From contig JAEOSI010000169.1 of NCBI GenBank assembly GCA_016840425.1, forward strand, positions 1 through 5,142: a stretch of 5,142 bases of DNA. Reading direction: 5' to 3'. This document shows, in pieces, positions 1 to 4,922 of this stretch. The number at the start of each line of letters is the position of its first letter. Within the stretch, counting starts at the first letter, position 1. The position numbers and the translations under genes were made by a program. The notes under the pieces are model-generated. The model made no database searches, was not told the origin of the DNA, and saw only the letters and a list, made by a program, of their open reading frames with translations. This DNA is from Candidatus Wukongarchaeum yapensis. GTDB taxonomy: Archaea > Asgardarchaeota > Wukongarchaeia > Wukongarchaeales > Wukongarchaeaceae.

Positions 1-179
1 TCTTTTATGCTTTCTTTAACCAAACGCTGACCCGGATCAGAACACATATAACTGTAATCTTTAACAAAAACTACTCCTGGCAAGGTTTCCACGTATTTTT
101 TTGCCTTTTCAATGTCGACTGTGTGGACGATGTTTGTGCCGCAATGACACAAAAAAACACCGATTCTTTCTTTATCCAA
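1..179 (-). CDS. hdrA: Heterodisulfide reductase subunit A (methanogen-type HdrA), N-terminal part; runs off the left edge
   Basis: Manual translation from TTG at 179: MDKERIGVFLCHCGTNIVHTVDIEKAKKYVETLPGVVFVKDYSYMCSDPGQRLVKESIK..., open to the window edge. It matches the characteristic HdrA N-terminus (IGVFxCHCGxNI...YMCSDPGQ). An SD-like AGGGGATGA lies just upstream. Not in the ORF track. Confidence 0.93.
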   Translation of the reverse strand, partial: MDKERIGVFLCHCGTNIVHTVDIEKAKKYVETLPGVVFVKDYSYMCSDPGQRLVKESIK

Positions 180-182
180 AAA

Positions 183-191
183 TTCATCCCC
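183..191 (-). promoter_or_regulatory. Putative ribosome-binding site of hdrA
   Basis: Minus strand reads AGGGGATGA-attt-TTG, resembling the AGGAGGTGA consensus. Confidence 0.5.
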
Positions 192-447
192 TTAATATAC
201 CAAGAACCTTTAAAAGTGAGTGATAAAATACTTAATCAATTTTTCTTAGCAGTCCTTATTAAAAAATAGTTTTATATTCTTAAAAACTTTTATTTTATAA
301 TATTATAAGCTTTTAATAATAATTTAAAAAGATAGGGCCATCCCTTAAATTTAAATCCAATCATGCAAAAATTTTAAACAAAAAAGAAAGCTAATACCTT
401 TATCCCTTTTGCTAAGACATAGCTCAAAATCGAAAAATAGCTGAAAG

Positions 448-909
448 GTGGAGAAACTTGTGGGGCAAGTAGGAAGATATTATTACCCAGATGATGTTTG
501 GATTGATACAAGTGACCCAGGTCATATATGGATAAAAATCATCGGAAAAGACAAATTAAAGATGGGCATCGATGATTTTGCTGCAAAAAATAACGAGGAA
601 ATTATTTCTATAAGGTTGCAGAAAAAAGGAAAAGAACTTGAAAAAGGCAGGTTTTTCGCTACGATAGAAAGCGGTAAATGGACAGGCCCATTAATAATCC
701 CATTATCTGGGGAAATAGTTGAAATAAATCCAGAAATATTAGAACACCCGTCGATAGCGAATGAAAAGCCTTATGGTGAGGGATGGTTTGTTATATTTGA
801 AGCAAAAAATCTTGAAGAAGAGCTTGATAATGACCAAAATTTGGTAAAAGGTAGCGAAGTAGAAAAACTTGAGAAATGGATAAAGGTCGAAGAAGAGAAA
901 TACTTATGA
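448..909 (+). CDS. GcvH-like / LbpA-like lipoyl-carrier protein
   Basis: H-protein hallmarks: HxW(I)K, GIDDFA, ESGK with the lipoyl Lys at 676-678, PLSGEIVEIN, N-x-x-PYGEGW. The motif is ESGKW rather than the ESVK of canonical GcvH. The true start may be GTG at 460, which has GGTGGAG 6 nt upstream. Confidence 0.88.
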   Translation: MEKLVGQVGRYYYPDDVWIDTSDPGHIWIKIIGKDKLKMGIDDFAAKNNEEIISIRLQKKGKELEKGRFFATIESGKWTGPLIIPLSGEIVEINPEILEHPSIANEKPYGEGWFVIFEAKNLEEELDNDQNLVKGSEVEKLEKWIKVEEEKYL

Positions 910-961
910 TTAATAGATAGTTTAACTTTTTAATTTTTTAAAGAAAAGGGGCTAGTAACAA

Positions 962-1645
962 TTGATTTTAATGAGAACTAAAACTTACGAGATTGGTAGG
1001 TTTTTAGGTATCGGTTTTTCTTGTAATGTTTACTCGTTGATACACGGAGACGAAGTGACGTTGATAGATTCGGGTATCAGTGCTTCTTTGGCTGAAAGGC
1101 TTCTAGAAGAGTTAAGAAAAATAAAAGCTTCTTTAAAGGTCAAGAACCTTATTCTTACACATGCGCATTTAGATCATACAGGAGGCGCAGCTACGATAGT
1201 TGAAAAGTTTTCTCCTAATGTTTACGCTCATTTTAATGAGGCAGAAGCTATAATGGAGGGGGATGAAAGCCGCGTTTTAACCTTCATGTTTCCATATGGT
1301 TATACGCCTGTAAAAGTTACACATGTTGTAGAGGATGGCGATTTAATCAATCTAAGTAGTGGAGATGGACTTAGAGTAATTCATACGCCAGGGCATACTT
1401 CTGGGTCTATATGCATTTTTGATGAAAAAAACAAGATTTTATTTACTGGGGATACAATTTTTGCTCATGGTGCTGTGGGAAGGGTTGATTTACCCACAGG
1501 AGATGCAGAACAATTAATAAAAAGCTTAGAAAAGCTCAGCCAATTAGACGTAATAACATTTTTCCCCGGACATGAGGAACCGGTAATGTATAACGCTTCC
1601 CAAGAAATAAAAGAAATATATAATCACATCAAAATGTATCTGTGA
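962..1645 (+). CDS. Metallo-beta-lactamase-fold hydrolase (glyoxalase II-like)
   Basis: Complete MBL motif set: LIDSG, THAHLDH (HxHxDH), HTPGHT, FTGD, PGH. TTG start at 962 after AAGGGG; ATG at 971 is an alternative start. Confidence 0.92.
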   Translation: MILMRTKTYEIGRFLGIGFSCNVYSLIHGDEVTLIDSGISASLAERLLEELRKIKASLKVKNLILTHAHLDHTGGAATIVEKFSPNVYAHFNEAEAIMEGDESRVLTFMFPYGYTPVKVTHVVEDGDLINLSSGDGLRVIHTPGHTSGSICIFDEKNKILFTGDTIFAHGAVGRVDLPTGDAEQLIKSLEKLSQLDVITFFPGHEEPVMYNASQEIKEIYNHIKMYL

Positions 1646-1752
1646 AAAAACTGTAAAAATATTAAAAAAGGGAAAAGAACTTTTGAAACCGTTTGAAACC
1701 GTTGAATAATAGATCCACTAATCATGGCATGGCTTGTTATTATTTTTCTTTT
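1646..1752. terminator. Convergent intergenic spacer with oligo-T tracts on both strands (probable archaeal intrinsic terminators)
   Basis: Plus strand has TTTTTCTTTTTTT around 1743-1755, downstream of the MBL gene. The plus-strand A-runs at 1646-1676 are T-tracts on the minus strand, downstream of oapB. Confidence 0.5.
1682..1706. repeat. Short tandem repeat, (TTTGAAACCG)x2 + TTGAA
   Basis: Exact 10-bp unit at 1682-1691 and 1692-1701, with a partial third copy at 1702-1706. Confidence 0.8.
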
Positions 1753-2115
1753 TTATGTTGGGGGGTAGGAGTCTTTTAGGAGAAGGCTAAGTATTTCGTT
1801 ATCGTTTCTAAGGATTTTTACGGTTGAACTTGGAGCAACCACTGTGAAGCTTAACTGTCTTTTAGATCTTCTCCAAAAGCTTGAGTGGGAGGGGTCGTTG
1901 AAAAAACTTATAAGTTCTACGCCAGCAAAAGAAGGTTCTTCAAACTCTATCTGCATCATCACTCTGTTGATTAGACCGGTTTGTTCTTCGGGTGATAAAC
2001 CTCCTTCAAGAACGAGGATTGTGCCTTTTTTAACCCGGTCTATTATCATTGTAAACTTTGTTTCAAGGTCAAGTTTTTGGGCTGCATCCTTACTAATTAG
2101 ATCGAGTTTTGACAT
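1753..2115 (-). CDS. oapB: DUF2073-family protein (OapB-like)
   Basis: Matches the DUF2073 pattern (LDLIS...K...II..V..G.ILVLEGGL.PEEQ..LI...M..I...F.GVE) and lies directly downstream of the OapA-like GTPase. The ORF track starts at TTG 2136, overlapping the oapA stop; ATG 2115 is preferred because AGGAGG (2124-2129) lies 8 nt upstream. Confidence 0.8.
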   Translation of the reverse strand: MSKLDLISKDAAQKLDLETKFTMIIDRVKKGTILVLEGGLSPEEQTGLINRVMMQIEFEEPSFAGVELISFFNDPSHSSFWRRSKRQLSFTVVAPSSTVKILRNDNEILSLLLKDSYPPT

Positions 2116-2132
2116 CTTTTGGTCCTCCTTTT

Positions 2133-2753
2133 TCAAGTAGAAATTATTATATTTTTATACAGAGACTCGATATTTTCTCCTGTTAAAGCGGATATAGGGA
2201 CAACAAAATGTATGCTGTTAAAGGTTTCTTCGACGAGTTGGGGGTTGGCTTCATCTAAATCTATTTTGTTTGCGCAGATAATTATCGGGATCCCTTTTGC
2301 TTCTAGGTTGCCTACTATTACGAGGTCTATTTGATCAAAAGGAGGTTTTGTAGAGTCAACAATCACTAAAGCTATGTCGATTTGATCAAGCATTTTTATG
2401 GCTTCAACTACCCCTCTTGTGGCTTCTTTCGCTCTTTGGATAGACTCTTCTTTGGTTAAGCCGTGGTTTTCCATAAATTTTCTATAATCGATTTTTGTGG
2501 TGATTCCTGGTAGGTCTACAAGGGTCATATCAAGGTTTTTACCATTAAACTGTAGTTGAATATGTTCTACTTTGTTAGTTTCACGGGTTTCGTGGGGTAT
2601 CGAGCTGACTTTCCCCACCTTTTTTCCAGCAAGATCCATGGCTATGCGGTTTGCAAGTGTTGTTTTTCCAGCGTTAACACGCCCACAGAAACCTATGCTA
2701 ACAGTTTTTCGTTTTTTTCCAAGGAGGCTGGAAAGAATAGTCAAAGCATTCAC
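2133..2753 (-). CDS. oapA: Era-like GTP-binding protein (OapA-like)
   Basis: G1 GRVNAGKT, G2 region IPHETR, G3 DLPG, G4 NKID, G5 SAL. It also has segments typical of archaeal OapA (KTTLANRI, IPHETR, PGITTKIDY, RAKEATRGVVEA). GTG start. Confidence 0.88.
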   Translation of the reverse strand: MNALTILSSLLGKKRKTVSIGFCGRVNAGKTTLANRIAMDLAGKKVGKVSSIPHETRETNKVEHIQLQFNGKNLDMTLVDLPGITTKIDYRKFMENHGLTKEESIQRAKEATRGVVEAIKMLDQIDIALVIVDSTKPPFDQIDLVIVGNLEAKGIPIIICANKIDLDEANPQLVEETFNSIHFVVPISALTGENIESLYKNIIIST

Positions 2754-2920
2754 CAGCTAATTATGTTAATTAAAAGATTAAAGAGTAATCAGAAGCCCAT
2801 ATTTTAAGATAACAAAATACTAGGGTAACATCTGGATATACTAAAATGTAGCCATAAAAAGCGACTATAAGCGTTTTAAAAAAAGAGTAGTAAAGGATAA
2901 TAGATAGACCGTTGATGTTT

Positions 2921-2940
2921 TTAAAAAAGGAGAAAGGGCA
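2921..2940 (-). terminator. Probable native terminator of the ATP synthase F gene, now separated from it by the IS
   Basis: Minus strand reads CCCTTTCTCCTTTTTT, a pyrimidine/T6 tract about 30-40 nt downstream of the reconstructed pre-insertion stop codon. Confidence 0.4.
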
Positions 2941-4038
2941 CGGAAACTGTTTTTTATTTATCTTCATGCCGCAAGAAGACCTCTTCCACAAGGGGGGAGA
3001 TGAATTGCGACCAATGTATATTAGGGGTGCTTAAATATGAATCTTAGGCAAATATTTTTGGGTGAAAATGAGGCTTACAACCGTGCTAAAGCTCTGTTCG
3101 CATAAAGAAGAGCTAAAACAGATGAGCAAGGTTGTAACAGTCCTCTACAACTTAGCCAACTATGAGCGACGTAAAGCTTGGAGGGAAACGGGGAAGATCC
3201 CTAACTACTACCAGCAGTACCACGCTTTGAGGGACCACGAACTGGCAAGGCTTTTGCCTTCTCACACCGTGCAGCAAACCCTGAAAACTTTAGAACACAA
3301 CTACTGAAGCTGGTATGGTCTAAGGAAGAAGGGGGACAAGACAGCAAGACCTCCAGGCTTCAGAAAAACAAAACATCCTTCAACCTTCCGCTTCACCAAC
3401 TGCCACTTCAAAATCATAGGCGACAACACGATAAGGCTCACCACGAAGAACCTCCTCGGAGAGAACATAGAAGTAAAGGTTAAAGGCAACCCGAAAACAC
3501 CTATAAGCAAAATAGAGAAACCTCAGACCCTCACAATAGTCTTCAAAAACGGGGAAAAAATAACCACCGCAAACCTAACTTACAAGATCCCAGACCCAGA
3601 AGAAGAGGAGAATGGCAAAATAATGGGGATAGACTTGGGGATAAAGAACATAACAACAACCTACGACACAGCCGACGGAGAGGTTAGAATATATAAGGGC
3701 GGTAAAATCCTCTCAACCCAGCACCATTTCAACAAGCAAATCCAGAAGCTTCAGAAGAAACTGCCAGGAAAAGAGGACGGAAAAACCCAGCAATACAGCA
3801 AAAACATAACCAAACTTCACAAGAAAAAAGCGAGGCAGATAAAACACCAGCTCCACTGCATAGCCAAAGACATAGTGAAAACCTGCGAAAAAAAGGACAT
3901 AAAGACTGTAGTGGTAGGCGATCTCAAAAACATAAGAAAAAAGAGCAACGGGAAAGGAAAAAAACCTAGGAAGGAAAACAAACCAAAAGCTCCACTCATG
4001 GAGCTATTGGACGCTGACCTCGCTCTTAGAGTACAAAC

Positions 4039-4161
4039 TCAGAAGAGTAGGCATTGCAGTGAACTACTCCCAGCTTTTGCAGGGGGCTTCCTGTTTCAAC
4101 GACGGGATCATCATTATTCATCCATCTCCACAGGCGTAAATTCGGACAGTCCCTGTCCTAC
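4039..4161 (-). ncRNA. Predicted TnpB omegaRNA (reRNA) of the mini-element: scaffold about 4161-4059 plus guide about 4058-4039
   Basis: Perfect hairpin GGACAG-GGA-CTGTCC (4144-4158), a CCTGT/ACAGG stem, a terminal right-end hairpin, and GAATT (4143-4139) able to pair with the terminal AGTTC. It reads VGQGLSEFTPVEM, resembling the C-terminal tail of TnpB proteins that overlaps the omegaRNA. The 5' boundary is approximate. Confidence 0.7.
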
Positions 4162-4257
4162 TCTTCTATATTGTTATTCTTAGGACTATAAATAATTTAT
4201 TATTATTGTGCGACTTTCATCCCTCAGCTTTCGCAAGGGGACTTCTCGCCGAAGAAG
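4059..4257 (-). mobile_element. Nested 199-bp non-autonomous IS200/IS605 mini-element (left end + omegaRNA/right end, no ORF)
   Basis: On the minus strand it follows the target TTTAA (4262-4258), starts CTTCTTCGGCGAGAAGTCCCCTTGCGAAAGCTGAGGGATGAA and ends GAAGCCCCCTGCAAAAGCTGGGAGTAGTTCAC, the same end architecture as the outer element. Removing exactly 4059-4257 restores the tnpB frame (GGC ATT GCA|TTA AAG AAG GTC GGC GAA). Confidence 0.9.
4185..4192 (-). promoter_or_regulatory. Putative archaeal TATA box for the mini-element omegaRNA
   Basis: TTTATAGT on the minus strand, preceded by an A/T-rich stretch and ending about 23 nt upstream of the scaffold start near 4161, a spacing consistent with an archaeal promoter. 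Confidence 0.45.
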
Positions 4258-4419
4258 TTAAAGAAGGTCGGCGAAAAATACACCAGCAGGGCGTGTCATG
4301 CCTGCGGTGATAGGAAGAAGAAAAACCGCGCAAAAAGAGGAAGTTTTAAGTGCAGCGAATGCGGTTACAAAAACCACCCCGATGTGATCGGGGCTATAAA
4401 TATCCTTAAAACGTATCAG

Positions 4420-4561
4420 TATGGAGCGTTGGAAAACGTTCCTAACTGTAATCCCCGCGTGAACTCGGGCAACGTGGTCAAATGGGACGAATCTCATTTG
4501 ACATGTACGGAAGCCCCGTCCGCAAGGGCGGGGTAGTTCACTTGAGTTTTACTCCGACTGC
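4420..4561 (+). ncRNA. Predicted omegaRNA of the outer element: scaffold to 4541 plus guide about 4542-4561
   Basis: Stems GGAGCGTT/AACGTTCC (4423-4442), CCCG/CGGG (4454-4469), GTCAAATGGGA/TCTCATTTGAC (4477-4502) and the right-end hairpin (4514-4533). The loop GTGAACT (4459-4465) is perfectly complementary to the terminal AGTTCAC (4535-4541), i.e. a pseudoknot. The 5' boundary is approximate. Confidence 0.72.
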
Positions 4562-4852
4562 TCTTTTTATAAGCTCTGATATTGGGTCTACTTCACGTTC
4601 GATGGGGCCTTGGCGGTCAGGTATTTCTATTATTGTTGGTATTGTTCGTCTTTCCATGATTTCATTGAGTATGTTTCTTACTTTTTCCGCGAGACGCTCG
4701 GTTATGATGAGCAAGCCTATGTCGGGGTCTTGAAGGACTTTCTCTATGGCCGCTTTTACCTCTGATACTTCACTTGCTATGTATGCGTCGCCTATTCCAG
4801 CTAGTCGGAGACCTACTATAGTATCTTCTTCACCTATAGAAGCGATTTTCAT
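4538..4852 (-). CDS. atpF: A/V-type ATP synthase subunit F
   Basis: Typical archaeal subunit F: KIASIGEEDTIVGLRLAGI...DIGLLIITERLAE...PTIIEIPD...LIKRAVGV. SD GGTGA at 4863-4859. The stop codon TGA lies inside the IS right end. Confidence 0.95.
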   Translation of the reverse strand: MKIASIGEEDTIVGLRLAGIGDAYIASEVSEVKAAIEKVLQDPDIGLLIITERLAEKVRNILNEIMERRTIPTIIEIPDRQGPIEREVDPISELIKRAVGVKLK

Positions 4853-4922
4853 GGGATATCACCAAAAGTTTAAGTTATTTTTGACGAGGAGGGTCTTTTT
4901 TGTGTTTCATGCTTATATTTTT

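Larger units (their letters stand above)
3062..4536 (+). pseudogene. tnpB: TnpB RNA-guided endonuclease pseudogene (about 424 aa when repaired)
   Basis: Three lesions: an in-frame TGA at 3305-3307 (HNY*SWYGLRKKGDKTARPPGFRK continues in the same frame into MGIDLG, RuvC-I); a +1 frameshift in the A7 run at 3958-3964 (then NLGRKTNQKLHSWSYWTLTSLLEYKLRRVGIA); and the 199-bp insertion at 4059-4257. After the insertion: LKKVGEKYTSRACHAC...CSECGYKNHPDVIGAINI (Zn finger and RuvC-III) to TAG at 4534-4536. Confidence 0.93.
2962..4541 (+). mobile_element. IS200/IS605-family non-autonomous element (tnpB only, no tnpA; IS1341-like organisation)
   Basis: The left end follows the target TTTAT (2957-2961), starts CTTCATGCCGCAAGAAGACC and has an imperfect hairpin at 2981-2999. 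The right end has the hairpin CCCCGTCC-GCAA-GGGCGGGG (4514-4533) and ends GTAGTTCAC. There is no target duplication. Joining 2961 to 4542 restores the subunit F ending CTC AAA TAA on the minus strand, which supports both boundaries. Confidence 0.9.

Noticed and set aside
1682-1706. CRISPR array
   Set aside because: The repeats are 10 bp and directly adjacent with no spacers, and no cas genes are present.
1720-1730. ATGCCATGA on the minus strand downstream of oapB as an oapC remnant (OapC often begins MPH)
   Set aside because: Only two codons and no downstream Cys motifs in any frame examined; chance is sufficient.
1844-2807. Plus-strand ORFs 1844-2140, 2119-2334, 2556-2807 and 2572-2760
   Set aside because: Antisense shadows of oapB and oapA with no recognisable motifs.
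2754-2961. Replication origin upstream of oapA
   Set aside because: No repeated ORB/mini-ORB motifs (only a weak single CACGGAAAC) and no cdc6 in the window.
2770-2991. 73-aa minus-strand ORF upstream of oapA
   Set aside because: It starts inside the IS left end and crosses the insertion junction; low-complexity F/I/K composition typical of AT-rich intergenic DNA.
3305-3307. In-frame TGA in tnpB as a selenocysteine or read-through codon
   Set aside because: The position is a variable, usually basic residue (AGA/CGA to TGA is a single change), not a redox Cys. The gene has two other inactivating lesions.
3062-3307. 81-aa ORF as a tnpA or separate small gene
   Set aside because: No HUH/Y1 or serine recombinase motifs; it continues in frame past the TGA as the TnpB N-terminal region.
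3958-3964. A7 run as a programmed frameshift site
   Set aside because: IS200/IS605 tnpB genes are not known to need frameshifting at this point, and other lesions are present. A slippage mutation or sequencing error is simpler.
3623-4183. 186-aa ORF as a stand-alone or novel fusion protein
   Set aside because: It is the RuvC-I fragment of tnpB running out of frame after the A7 run and then through the antisense strand of the nested mini-element.
3301-4497. Minus-strand ORFs 3301-3510, 3817-3999 and 4258-4497
   Set aside because: Antisense shadows of tnpB.
4875-4910. 11-aa minus-strand ORF (MKHKKDPPRQK) between the stalk subunit and subunit F
   Set aside because: Too short, with no ribosome-binding site and no support.
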